DNA of 61,594 nt, counting the filler, from Piptocephalis cylindrospora (taxonomy: Eukaryota): NCBI GenBank assembly GCA_003614145.1. It is 12 parts of 12 records of this genome, joined end to end, with 100 filler letters (N's around TTAATTAATTAA, not from the genome) between each part and the next. Parts side by side here need not be neighbours in the genome. Positions count along the whole stretch, not along the records: positions 10,378 to 15,448 come from KZ988435.1; positions 15,549 to 20,506 come from KZ988436.1; positions 20,607 to 25,670 come from KZ988437.1; 9 more parts are not named here. One strand, written 5' to 3'. Shown one piece after another: positions 13,416 to 25,770 of the stretch. The notes beneath the pieces were generated by a model. The model saw nothing but the letters and a program-made list of their open reading frames with translations. It was not told the DNA's origin and made no database searches. The position numbers and the translations under genes are program-made. The stretch's first letter is position 1. The number at the start of each line of letters is the position of its first letter.

Positions 13416-14217
13416 ATGATCCTACCCACTGCTACCCTTCTCCTGGCACTCAGTATATTCTCCTTGGCCTATCCTTCCCCTTTTCTCAAGACTCACCCCG
13501 TCCTTAAGGTCCCTCCTCAATCTCCCTTGCATTCGTCTTCAATCTTCAGTTCAAGCCCAGGCTCATCCCAGCACCATGGGCCATCCTGCAATGTCATCCA
13601 GTTTGATCTCTCTCGTTCTGAAAATGTTAAGGATCTAACTCTTGTTTCCAAGATGCAAAGTGATATCCAGGTCCCTTCTGCTAAGGCCTTCGTCGTGCAT
13701 CGGCTTGTCATTGGCCATGGCCGGTTTAAAAGGTTACACATGGGCCTAGAGATATGTACAACAAGCCCTTATACCATGATTATGCCCTCAAGATTATGAA
13801 AAAATCCATAGGTCTGCCTTTACTTTGCCGAAGCTTATCGATATCATGAAGAGTACTGTTGGCGGGACCAAGAAATATCTCTCAAGTCATGTCAACTCCC
13901 TCATCGTCGTGTTCCGAGACGATAGTTTCACCCATATGGATACTTATTTTGCCAGAGTCAAGATCAGTGACCGTAAGTTTAAAGACTTATAGCCCTGGGA
14001 ACAACTACCTGTCCTCGTTTCCCGGACCTACCACATGCTGCGGACCACTACTTTATGCAAAAGCCATCCTAAAGCCTCGAAGCACTTGAAAAGGCTGAAG
14101 ATGAACATTACAAGACTCCCTCCATCTTTTCTCACCAAGATTGGTTAGACACTCTTGAAGTATCTTAAATTGGTCTTGCCGAGGGCGAGTCTGAACTCAC
14201 GGAGGCGAATGCCCTGA
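13416..14217 (+). pseudogene. Putative disrupted secreted-protein gene
   Basis: Signal-peptide-like MILPTATLLLALSIFSLAYP ORF ends at 13799. A second frame (13780..14217) is interrupted only by TAGs at 13990 and 14146. Confidence 0.35.
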
Positions 14218-15448
14218 AACGCACAGTCAGTCGGTGTAAAACTAGTCTGCTTCCCACTGCTACACTAGGAGCCTTTCAACTCATCTATCGTTACACATTG
14301 AATAGCTTTCTAAGCATGGAACGGCGGGCTGTGACGCAACGCTGAGCATTTTAGAATGAGTCGCTAATCGTATAGCCGAATTTTCCCAACTGCTGCAGCC
14401 CCACCTCAAGACAGGGCATCACGATCATGTGAATCACAATCTAGGCCCTGGTCTCATTAGGAAGTTCTGATCCGCTAGTCATCTGGCTTGAACCCTCGTC
14501 CAGGTTGGGATGTAGATGATCTCTAGAGACTAAGCGATTTGGATGCGCGCCTGTGCTTCTTCGGCCATACAAGGCTCTTTCATTTGTCAATACACCCTCC
14601 CTTTCTCTTTTAATGAGTTTTCGATCCCTTCTGCATTTTCCTTTAATATCCTCCATCTCTCCTCCCCTCTCTCCACCGCTCTCCTTTTAATGGTCGTCCT
14701 CTTCTTGGATCTCATTAGCATTCGCCTCAACATCTTTAACCCACTCATTCTTTGTTCATTGCTCTCCCTGTTAATCAACCAACCATCCATTAAGCACTCA
14801 ACATGAAAATTGCAAATTAGACAACTCTTTTGAAAGCATTATTGAAATTAGCCCTTGAAATACCCTCCACATTTTTATTTTCACACACCGACATCAGCCC
14901 AGCAGGATTTTGACCTGGTGAAGCCAGCCTTGCGCTGGGGAGGCTTCTCACAGCCAATGGTGGCCCGTCCAGCAGGGATCGTACGACCCAAGAGCCAGAC
15001 CTCTCCCACCCAATCCCCCTTTCCCCGTATATCCCAAGTCTGACAACGACCCGCTTTGCCTAGCCAGCGGCTTTCTCAGGCGGGAAGCGCCCTTGAATCA
15101 CCCTATAAAGCCCATCTCATACCTATCCCTCCATAGTACGATATGGTGACACCATGAGAAGTGGTGATGGGCGCGGCTTCCTTGGTAGTATGGGAGGCAC
15201 AAAGCCCCATCATGCCATTCTCGACCAGTCAAACCAGGATCTGACCTCTCTCTCTTTCTCTCTCCGCTCACCGTGGGTATCGTACGAGCAGGCACCACCC
15301 TTATCCTCTCCAGGCATAGAGGCACACAGAGAGACGTGATAATCCGAGATCCTAAGCCTCTCTATAAAGATCCATCCTACTCTTATTCTTTTCACTTATC
15401 CCACAAAAGCCGTATATCCTTCTCTTTATTTAATAATATTCTTCATCC

Positions 15449-15548
15449 NNNNNNNNNNNNNNNNNNNNNNNNNNNNNNNNNNNNNNNNNNNNTTAATTAA
15501 TTAANNNNNNNNNNNNNNNNNNNNNNNNNNNNNNNNNNNNNNNNNNNN
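15449..15548. other. Artificial contig linker
   Basis: 44N-TTAATTAATTAA-44N. Confidence 0.99.
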
Positions 15549-16081
15549 TCCCACCACCATCAAATACACACGGCAGAGACCTGCCCCAGCCCAAGGGCGA
15601 TGCAGTACGTGCGGGATGAAGGGACTACGATGAGCAGTGATCTGTTGAATAAAAAGGGTCCGCGATGTCTGATCTGGTCCGGCTGGTTTGGCCTGCCACA
15701 CACATACACACACGTACTGCACATTGTGCGCTCCGCATACTCCCCTCTTCCCCATCTGACACTCGACCCTCCCCTTCCCCTTCCTTGCATCACTCTGCCT
15801 TTCCCATACAGTTGTGCTTTTCCTTGTCGGTGAGCCTTGATCCTCATCCCCTCTCTCTTCCACTCTGCTTCTAGGATATCTGTGTTCTCTTGGTCGCTCT
15901 TCCTTTTCATCTGTACCCCACCGCTCCCCGTCAACTCTTCATTTATTCCCTCCTCCCGCGCCCCCTGCCCTGCCCTGCCCTTTCATTTCTTCATTCGTGG
16001 GTACTTTACCTCCATTACCTCCTCTTCTGCCCTAAACAAAGGCGGCACGACCTTTACAGACCAATATCCTTTCTTCTTCTC

Positions 16082-17566
16082 ATGCTTCCGCTACAAGTTG
16101 AGGATTATATAGAACCAGGAGGAAAGTCTCCTAATCTACCGAGCCCACACAGTGCCAGCAGTGAAGAGTCTCAACGGCTACAGCCCATGTCACCCACCAG
16201 CTCCCTCCTGTCCCTACCCTCTCCCCAGCACAAACGTCGACCCTCCTCACTTCACACAGTCACCCTGGAGGATGGGGAAAATGAACTCCTACGTCGGGGG
16301 CCCGCCGTGGAGGATCATATTGGACTAATTCACTCCAAGGATCGGACGGGTGGATGGGCCGCGACGGGACGTTGGTGTGGGATGGATTATCATCTCATGG
16401 CCCAGGCCCTCCCCACTCTTGTATTGGCTGTTTGTGGACTTTTAATGGCCGGTTGGCTCCTGGATGTAGTACAGCATTGGGAGGTATTTTCCCAGGTGTC
16501 CGAACTTTTCATCCTCGTTCCCGTCGTTCTAGGACTCAAGGGAAACCTTGAGATGAACCTGGCAGCCCGGCTCTCCACGGCTGCCAATCTTGGGGAGCTG
16601 GATGATCAGGCCGGCCGTCGATCCATGATCCTTGGTAATTTGGCCCTAATCCAGTTGCAGTCTCTCTCGGTCGGAGGGCTCGCCGGCCTACTCTCCTTCC
16701 TCCTCGGGCTCCTCTTTCATCCCCACTCACATGCAGTAGGTGAAATGGCCATGATGATAGTAACCGCCATGTCCTGCGCCAGTCTTAGCAGTTTCATTCT
16801 TGGGAGCTTCATGTGCTCCCTATGTGTCCTTAGTCGAAGATGGGGCATCAACCCAGACAATGTGGCCTCTCCTATCGCAAGTAGTCTTGGAGACCTGGTC
16901 ACTTTGATTCTCCTGTCCGGGGTCAGTCGGGCCCTGCTTGCATGGATCAACACGCCCCTAGTGTGGATCCTCCTCCTGGCCCATCTTATGGCCATCCCCC
17001 TGTGGCTCCGGTACTGCCTCTCCCATCCGTACACTCGGTCTGTCATTCCGTACGGTTGGGTTCCAGTCATGGCCGCTATGGTCATTTCCAGTATGGCCGG
17101 GCTAGTACTAGAAAGGTTCGTGGAACGGTACGCGGGCATGGCCGTCCTGGTCCCGGTCCTCAATGGTATTTCCCAGAATTTAGCGTGCATCTTCTGTTCC
17201 AGACTCTCCACCGCCTTCCACTCTGGGGTCCCGGAGACTGAAGGCCGAACCATCTTTACCTTACTGCTCCTTAACCTCCCCTCCCAATGGCTCTTCCTCT
17301 CTCTCGTCAAGGTCCTGGGTCTGGGCCACGGGGGTCTGGACTGGAGGATGTGGGTGGCCTATAGCCTAGTGTCCTACACCCTAGTCGTGTGTCTACTGGG
17401 TCTTGCTCGGTGGCTCACGGGATTCCTCTGGCGTCGGAATTTTGATCCCGATCACTACGCCCTTCCCTATCTTACGGCCATGGGCGATGTCGTTGGCACG
17501 GTCCTCCTTGTTCTCTCTTACGTGATTCTCGATGGAGATGGCACGGTTCATCCCACCGCCGGGTGA
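16082..17566 (+). CDS. SLC41-family (two MgtE-like domains) divalent cation transporter, intronless
   Basis: PVVLGLKGNLEMNLAARLST, GINPDNVASPIASSLGD and DPDHYALPYLTAMGDVVGT motifs; about 10 hydrophobic segments; first in-frame ATG is at 16082. Confidence 0.92.
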   Translation: MLPLQVEDYIEPGGKSPNLPSPHSASSEESQRLQPMSPTSSLLSLPSPQHKRRPSSLHTVTLEDGENELLRRGPAVEDHIGLIHSKDRTGGWAATGRWCGMDYHLMAQALPTLVLAVCGLLMAGWLLDVVQHWEVFSQVSELFILVPVVLGLKGNLEMNLAARLSTAANLGELDDQAGRRSMILGNLALIQLQSLSVGGLAGLLSFLLGLLFHPHSHAVGEMAMMIVTAMSCASLSSFILGSFMCSLCVLSRRWGINPDNVASPIASSLGDLVTLILLSGVSRALLAWINTPLVWILLLAHLMAIPLWLRYCLSHPYTRSVIPYGWVPVMAAMVISSMAGLVLERFVERYAGMAVLVPVLNGISQNLACIFCSRLSTAFHSGVPETEGRTIFTLLLLNLPSQWLFLSLVKVLGLGHGGLDWRMWVAYSLVSYTLVVCLLGLARWLTGFLWRRNFDPDHYALPYLTAMGDVVGTVLLVLSYVILDGDGTVHPTAG

Positions 17567-17888
17567 GGAAGGAGAGGTAGACGACGCATCATGTCTCATT
17601 CTCTCACTTTGTAGACGTGTGCGTGATAGAGGGAGTGGTAATAGCAGTGTACGTTGTAGGATAGTCTAAATATAGACCAGATTAAACATTTATCACATCA
17701 CAATCCATGGCACGTGTCCATCCTGATTGCAGAGTGAATAGAATGGGCAAAGATAATGAAGTATACTCATCGATCACCGCATACCTTGGATCATGAAGTC
17801 CTATTACATTTTCACCTAGTAGGGCCCATTCATTCTCTCTCTCTCTGTCTCCTCTCAACACCATCCTATATAATCCAACCCACTACAG

Positions 17889-19262
17889 TCATGAAGCAAG
17901 ATATCCGTTTGGCAAAGTCAAAGAACGTCCGTGCGGATCTGGAGCCTTCCAGGCCCAAGTGTACAGACCGCCCTCAGACCAGATGATGGATCCACGGAAG
18001 CCTGCAGCATGGATCAGACGGAAAAATTCACCCTCTTCCTGGGGAAGCCTGGGCTTATAGCCTAAGAGGAACCAGGCCCCAGGAGGAAGTAGGGCACGGA
18101 GGGAGTGAAGGAGGTCATGATGGTATGCCGCATTGTAAATGATATCTGACCCAATGATCAAATCCACAGGGCCCTTTAGAGATGCTTGGATTCTCTCTGC
18201 CGCCTGGATATCCCCCCAGGCCAATGTAGCGATCTCGGGGAGAGGGGGGACGGCTTGAAGGGAGAGATTGGATCGAGTGGTCTCCTCAAGGACCTCGTCC
18301 AAATCCGTCAAAATGACTTGTCCTTTTGGGCCCAACCGTCTGGCCAGGGCTAAACCCACTACCCCACATCCTGAGCCTAGCTCGATGACCCTGCTTTGCT
18401 CTCCACATTCCTTACTTCCTGGCTCCTTCAGGGGCGAGGATTGAATTCCCAGGTCTATACGTACCCTCTCCATCAGAGCGTGATTAGTCTGGGCCTTGAC
18501 AGAATAGAGCCGCTGCCACAATCCAGGATCTGTCAATTGATCTATAGCCCATCCTGATGGGACGGGTGGAGCGGTAGATATTACCCTCCCCTCAGAGAAA
18601 AGGGCCCGTAGAAAGGACAGGGTCACCAAGGAGGCATCCCACACCCTGCCCCCAAGAGTTCGATCCGAACATGATTCTTGTAGGATCAGCGGATCGGTCG
18701 ATCCCTTCATGGTCCATGGAAGTTCCCGGTAGCAATGAGTTGTAGGGATGCCTTGGACCTTGGAGGCACCATGTCCTAGGGTAAAGACTTCCGAAACAAT
18801 GGGGAGGAGCAGGAGGGGGGGAGCATCCCGGAGGATGGATGCCCCTGCACCTAGGATTGGACTGGGTCCCACCTGGCTAAGACTATGGTGGGCTAGTCTG
18901 ACCTGATAGAGACCCTGGGGGAGTCTCCGAGGGACCGAGACTTGTACCGTCTGGCCTGAGTAGACTGGGACATGGGCGTCCAGGGGAACCTGACCCACGG
19001 CCACCCAGTCCACCGTGCCTACACGACGCAAGCTCACCTCAATCCTCAGTCCAGGTACCTCCCCTTTCTCCAAGGCCTCATTATCCCCAAGGTCATTGGA
19101 TACTACGATGGGGAAGCTGGGTGCGTCAGGGCTCTTCTACGCGCCATGTACACAGGGAGGGAGAGGGCATCCTCACATACATGCTACCGTGAAGGCCATG
19201 GTGCCCCCTGGGACGTACTGACTTAGCGGCGGCTTGAGGAAGACGAGACGTAGCAGGGACAT
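17889..19262 (-). CDS. SAM-dependent protein methyltransferase (Methyltransf_16/METTL21-like); exons 19262..19181 and 19102..17889
   Basis: GGRVWDAS, VIELGSGCGVVG, ILTD, LAWG and DLIIGSDIIYN motifs. Splicing gives an N-terminal FLKPP...SNDLGD signature. Confidence 0.88.
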
Positions 19263-19882
19263 CGGGCGAAGGGCTACCAGAGGGAGGCGACACTGCGGTC
19301 AAGTTAGGATGATGATGATGATAAGTGACCGCTAGTTGGGCTATTAATGCTAATGGGCAAGCATATTTTATGCAAGAAAGCATGGGCTTGCTGACGATTA
19401 AGATCACAAAGACCTGATATGATGCGGCAGCAGAATCCCCCGATGACCCCATGGATCCTTCTCGCTGGAAGGAGAGGCTCAATAGGGTCAAGAAACTCCG
19501 AACATCCGTTATTGACCTAGTACAGACACAGGATGCTACAGTCCTTATACACTGGGTTTCCCAAGATGATATAAAAGACAAACTACGACTAAAATAGGCC
19601 CAAGGATGGGAGCTGTGCTGCTAACCGTCCACTGTCGCTAGAGTAAGCACGCTTACGGAAGACTCCCTCAGGTGGCTGACTCGGGGATTCCTTTGACACG
19701 GCAATGGCATATTGTCTGGAGTAAAGACAATTTCCTCTGCTCAGCCTCCCCCCCCTTTCCTTTCCTCACTCCCCCTTCCCACCCGCCCACTGCACCCCGT
19801 CTGGGATCTCTTGTCTTTCCCCCTCTCCTCTCCTCCTCACAGCACCACTTCCCTCTCTCACGCAGACATATACGGGCGAGTC

Positions 19883-20506
19883 ATGTTCAATAAAAAAACA
19901 CTGATGAGTTATGTCCCTAGGTTCAGGACGGCACCCGTCATCTTCCTCATCTTCCTTGGCCCTGTCCTCCTTTACTTGGGCTTCTTCCCGGACATCTATG
20001 TGCCAATATGGGACAAGCTGCTGCGTTTCATTGGATTTCTTCTCATGGCCGTGGCCAACTACTTTGTCCTCTTGGATGTCACTTGGCGGGAAAATCTCCT
20101 CATTGTCACCCTAGGCTCTTTACTCTGCTCCTTTGGCAGTGAATTTGTCCAGCTTATCTTACCGGTATATACATGGGAAGGGAATACTTAACATGTGCCT
20201 GGACGATAATCATGATGAGAGACTCACCCATCCCTACTTTCATAGTACCGGGAATTTGAATGGCTAGATATTCTAGTAAGGCTTGCTAAAATGAAACTAT
20301 GGAGAGGGGAGGGGAAAAGCGATATCTATTTTTTTACACTCAACCAACGATCCCGCTCGATCTTCTAGGCAAACCTCCTGGGAAGTGCCATGGGCATTGT
20401 TCTGGCCATGGGAGGGGAAGAGTGTCTTCGGAGGAGAAGGCTGCGAAGGGAAGCACGGTATGGCCATTTGGTGGAGGAGGGGGATTGGATGGCGACGCTC
20501 ATGGAT
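19883..20506 (+). CDS. VanZ-like small membrane protein, 3'-truncated; exons 19883..20164, 20246..20275 and 20369..>20506
   Basis: DKLLRF...SEFVQLILP|YREFEWLDIL|ANLLGS after two canonical introns. Confidence 0.8.
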
Positions 20507-20606
20507 NNNNNNNNNNNNNNNNNNNNNNNNNNNNNNNNNNNNNNNNNNNNTTAATTAATTAANNNNNNNNNNNNNNNNNNNNNNNNNNNNNNNNNNNNNN
20601 NNNNNN
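20507..20606. other. Artificial contig linker
   Basis: 44N-TTAATTAATTAA-44N. Confidence 0.99.
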
Positions 20607-21576
20607 TGGAAAATTTACCGAGCTAGATGCATTGTACCATGAGCCTTTTATCTTTGAATTATGAAGATAGGTCGTTCATGAGGGGAAGCTGGCTGACTAA
20701 TCCACCATCCCTATTGAGCATCAAATGCTCTCTAGTAGGCTTGTATAGAAGTTACATGAATCATCGGTGCATCAGAGAACAGCTCACTGCGGCAGTGGTC
20801 TCGCCCATCACCAAGTTGCCCACCCTCTATACTCTTTCACTGCTTTGTCAGCATCAAAGGTAGCGTGTGACAAAAAGGTGTACCTTCTTTCGTAACAGAA
20901 AAGAAGACGAAGGATAGAGGGTTCTTTGTATAAGGAACACATCGGCTATCTAAGCGGATTGGATAAGATGCAGCCCCAGATGCTCTATGCTCGATGATAT
21001 CCAAATATAGTCTTCTTTCTAAATAATTTGAAGCATATTATCCACTAATACACTGCTTAAGGGATAAGCCTTGTGACCCTTAATGGTCAGATATAGGGCC
21101 ACTTTGAAAATATTCAGCCAGCAGCGCCTTATAATTGATTGTCAGCCAATTTATAGTAAATTTAGGAGTTGTAATAAAATGAGAGCAAAAGATTATCACC
21201 TTCTCGGATGCTAATGAGGATCGAAAGAAGAACGGCCATTGCAAAGGGAGCACTGGAGAAATGGGTGGAGAAATGGAGGAGGTTGCAGAAGAAGATAGGA
21301 TGGATCGGAAGATCCATGGAAGAAGCGACAATTTTGTGAGTTTCTAAAATCTTTTTTGAGCTTAACCTGTGAAGACTTAGGAAAAGAAGAGGATTGTGTT
21401 TTCCCCAAATATATTTCATTGTTTGCTGCTGAGATGGGGCCAGCCAGATATCATCTTCTCCTGGAGCAGGACAATGCTGCTTATGAAACCAGGAATAAAA
21501 GATTAAAAAAGGAAAGTAGCAGTGTCTGGCTAATTTAAATACCGGATGTAGGGGGCGTAAGGGTCCCTTGACGGGG

Positions 21577-23119
21577 TCACTCGTTCGAGGGGAACACGAG
21601 ATAGTCGTTCATATCAAACGGCTTCTCCTCGTCCGAAGGGAATTCGAGGTAGTCGTTCAAATCAAACGGCTTCTCCTCTTCCGTGGGAATAGAGAGGAGG
21701 GAGCCTCCTTGGGCATGTGGTACAGAGCTGACGCGACCAGCATGTCCGGAAGAATCAATGTGTCCAGAAGAATGAGGGGAGTGATGATATCCATGATCAC
21801 TATGAAAGACAGGAGCAGAATTAACCCTCTTGGGCAGCTGTTTCCTCAAGCTAAACTGCTCCGTAGAGACGGGCGCCAAGGTTGACGATCTGGGTGCTAT
21901 AGCCTTAAATGAATTGATCCTTTGCCTTTTCGTAGTTTTTGGGGGGTCTGGGTTCCTTTCCTTCACCCTGTATAACTTCCGAATGGCCTCGATGATATAC
22001 ATGGCGGCATACTTTTCCTTACGAGACGGCGGATTGTATTTGCCTCCCATGCTCTTGGCCTGAAGCATGGTAAAAGCGGCGTAATCCACCAACTTTCGGC
22101 TGAGCGAATCTTTGGAAACAAAAATCTTTGTCTTTCTTTGCCGTTCCTTAAGGTCATCTGCCACCTCGGCCAAGCTTTTCTCAGAGAGGAGATCCTTGAT
22201 CAAACTCGATATTTTTAGATAATTAGGGGCAGCTTTCGGCGTCAACGTAACGAAAATGAATTCGAGGTCAAGACACTTGAGAATATCTTGCCAAAAAGAA
22301 CCCGAAAAGGTACTCGGAGAATAGAGTCGATAAAGAGTAGATGTAACGATGATGGGTATAGTGCGACTCATGGTATCCGCTGTCCGAAGGTGGTGACGAC
22401 ACTTTTTGTTTAGCATTCTGTAAGGATAATTAAAATCCGGGTCCTGATCCTTTTTGGGAAGAGGCAAAGGAGGTGGGAGGATAGATTTAGCGTGTAGCTC
22501 ATATTCTTTCCATGCCTCTTGAAGACAAAACATATCAGTGCCTTTACACCCGGAGGCTAGATAACCCTTAAGCCTGGTGGCGAGCTTGGTAGCTGAAGGA
22601 GTCTGAGGGAGAATGTGCTTGGTGAGGAGCATATATAGAGCGACGGTAGATCGGGCACTCTGGTCTAGTTCGCTGTAATCCCCGAAATCAGCATTCGAGT
22701 TGAGGAAAATCAGTCGCAATGAAGCGGGAAACCACTCCTTTGTGACTTGCTCATAAATCTGTAACTCATTAGCTGTGGGGGAGGGAACGATGGCATTTCT
22801 AGAAGCATGGTGTTTGGCCAGGATGTACAGACCCTCAACGGCCTTTATCATATCCTCTGGGCTGCTTAAAGGAGAGATGGATTGAGATACATGGTTAGTA
22901 TGTGAGGTGTCGACAGTACGGGGTTGATGGATCGGGGGATTCGTGGAGCTTTCTGATGGATGGTATAGGAAGACATGTGAATGTGAGGATGTGTATGGTG
23001 GAGACATTTGAATACTAGAGGAAATTATACATACTCTCGGATTGATGATGGGTAGGTCTCGAGAGTACGAGGGTCGGAAGAAGGGCGAGGAGAAGAATAG
23101 GAGAGGTGCGAAAGCGCAT
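21577..23119 (-). CDS. Orphan secreted protein (~490 aa); exons 23119..23035 and 22952..21577
   Basis: Upstream exon MRFRTSPILLLALLPTLVLSRP... (signal peptide) splices in frame through an 82-nt GTATGT...CAG intron into the 476-aa ORF. Confidence 0.75.
21586..21681 (-). repeat. Two-copy 48-bp (16-aa) coding tandem repeat
   Basis: EEEKPFDLNDYLEFPS / DEEKPFDMNDYLVFPS. Confidence 0.9.
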
Positions 23120-23830
23120 CTCGAGTAAATTCGTCAATGGGCTTTAAATTTGAATGGGATAAAGTGGGGTCCAGTAGTGTAGGAGAAAAGGGCAGGGGCG
23201 TCAAGGAACGACTAAAGAGCTAGGGGGAAGGGATTCGAGTGGAGTAAAGGAAGATGAAGGATGAAAAGAAGACGAACTCTTGCAAGGGTAGACCGCACTG
23301 ATATACTCCATCCTTCTCACCTTCTTACATGGGTAGAAATTTAATGAGGCTGGATGCGGAGGGTAATTACCTGCTCAAAGGAAAAAAAATAAAGCATGTA
23401 AAGGCCGTCTCATCTCATCCTCTACTATTGGCGAGGAGGGTGACTGCCAGCATGAGGTGCGAAATCTGAGATCTCTGCCTCGTCCCTCTCCTCTGTCATC
23501 ACTCATATCCATATGTGCTGACTGGCCCTCATGGTCTGAGTAGGAGGTTTTCGTGGACTTATCGGAGCCTGGTAATTTGACCATCCGATGACATGCCCAT
23601 CTCCGCCATGCCTGCTAATTTTTCATGGCAATGGAGACGTCTTATTGGGGAGGGTTTATTGGGGAGGGGAGGGTTAGACCTGAAGCCAAGATCAGGCTCA
23701 TCTTTTCCAGCAATTTCTTTATCTCAAGGACAATTATATCCTTCAGCGCTTTGATGATTCTTCCTTGGACTTCGCGATTCACATACATGCACACACGCTC
23801 TGTTTTACGCCAATATGGAGTAAGCGCAAG

Positions 23831-25474
23831 TTAGGCTAGAGGCAGAAAGAGAGGGAGATACATGTCGTCACCACCTGCCATGTTCAGCAAAGTGAAATTG
23901 TTGGGAGCGAGGAGGGTTTGAGTGGTAGTTAAAAGTCGACAAATTCGTTGGAGCCGTTCCACCTCCGCATCTCCCATGGGTTCAGGATACGGAATTTTCA
24001 TGACACGGCCCGAATCAGTATGCGAGGAGCGACACTCGTGATAAGAGAAGGGAGAGGGAGAAGAGGGAGGAGGGGAAGAAGCGAAGGAAGCGGAGGAATA
24101 TCTGGCATGATGGACGGAGAGGCGAGACACCGAGCTGGGACTGTGTCTTTTTGGATGGGGATGGTGGACTAGTAGGGGAAATTAACCTTCTCGACCCGGT
24201 GCGAAGGGGGGGATAATGACCTGTCTGATTCGGTATGATGAGCACTTAAAATGGTACTCAGGAGAGCATCCAGACCCTGTAGCTGTTGCGATATGTGGAA
24301 TGAAGGTCTATCTAGAGAGGTCATGGAGGAGCCAGCCAGAGATTCCAGCCGAATGCTGCAAGGCCTTATTGAAGATTCCATCAGGTGTTTGGCCATAAGG
24401 GTGATGGCCATGGTAAGCTTGGAAATTACTTTGAAGATGTGGCCGTCAAGATGCCTGGATTGGCGTTCAGCTGGAGTGGTCATGTAATGTTGGGAGTATA
24501 CATGATGCAGAGATTTGTAATGCACACTCTGTACCTTTCATAAGCCCATGTACCATCCGAAGAAGAGGCCGGTGTTTTCAGCCAAACGTTGCTATTCAGC
24601 TTTTTTGCATCTCTTGGACTGTACTGGAGAGTATGGCAATGCTGTAAAAGTTCACAACATTCTGGTCTGGTATGGTGAAGGGAGCGTGAGCGGATGCTCA
24701 GGACCTCCTTAATCTTGGTGCACCGAAGGGTGTGGTGCCGTGAAGAAAAGAGAGCCCCTTGTGGATAGAGGTGTCGACGTGCAATAAAGCCCGTCAAGGC
24801 AGGACCCAGCATGATCAAGGGATCATAGCCTCGCAGTAGTTTGAGGCATTTTTTTTCTTCGTCATGTCCTTAGGGGCTTGATGGACGGGCTGGAGAATGT
24901 ACCTCGAATACACTGAAAGGAGAGATAAGAGAAGCAGGACGAATTCCGCCGTTAAGCAATTAGCATAGTGTCAATATATAGGATCCACGGCTGAGATTAT
25001 GGTAAAGTTCTCTCAACACATGCTTAGGATCGTGGAGAGCTTTTCGTTGTACATGTGTGGGCTGTGGATGTACTCAAAAAAGCTCAAGATGTGCTGAAAC
25101 ATCTAGATGTATATGATCAGGAGGGTCGTAAAGGACATACTGCTAATCGGGTTGGCCAAGAGCAAGAGGAAGGATGCGCTAGCAATGTGGCTTTGCAGCC
25201 ACTTGACAAGTTTGGTAGCCCAAGCGATGCCATGTGGCTCGCCCTGTACTCCCAATTCATGCAGGCCTTTGCCACACATGACGGGGATCGTCAACGACAG
25301 TATGAACTCTTCAATCGAGGTAGTGGGCCGGTCTGTCGGTGTTCTATTCATGAGATTATGGGCGCCTTTCATATGGTTAATAATAGGACTATCCGTCTTT
25401 TCTATAAGTCCATCGATCACACTCGGTGAAAGCACTAGGGAAGGGGGAGGAGCCGTGAAGACCAGGCTCAACAC
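23831..25474 (-). pseudogene. Possible decayed gene (chain of overlapping minus-strand ORF fragments)
   Basis: Consecutive ORFs at 25474-25103, 24818-24480, 24525-24169, 24245-24015 and 24130-23831; no recognisable domain. Confidence 0.25.
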
Positions 25475-25670
25475 GGGTCAGATCCGCCCTCTCTCCTACA
25501 TGAGGCAGGCAATAATCTCGCCAAAGGACGGTCATTTTCCTGTCTAGAGGTTCTAGCGGGGATGGCCGTAGTCGCGTGGATCAGCGAGGTGGAAAGGGCA
25601 AGGGTGGTGAGTAAACGCTTGCCGAGGTGCATTTCTTTACTATGTGGAAGAAGGTCATAGATGGAGGAGG

Positions 25671-25770
25671 NNNNNNNNNNNNNNNNNNNNNNNNNNNNNN
25701 NNNNNNNNNNNNNNTTAATTAATTAANNNNNNNNNNNNNNNNNNNNNNNNNNNNNNNNNNNNNNNNNNNN
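25671..25770. other. Artificial contig linker
   Basis: 44N-TTAATTAATTAA-44N. Confidence 0.99.

Noticed and set aside
20012..20029. VanZ-like protein as a glycopeptide-resistance or HGT signal; DKLLRF in place of DK..HF
   Set aside because: Intron-containing VanZ-like genes are ordinary in fungi, and a single substitution is uninformative.
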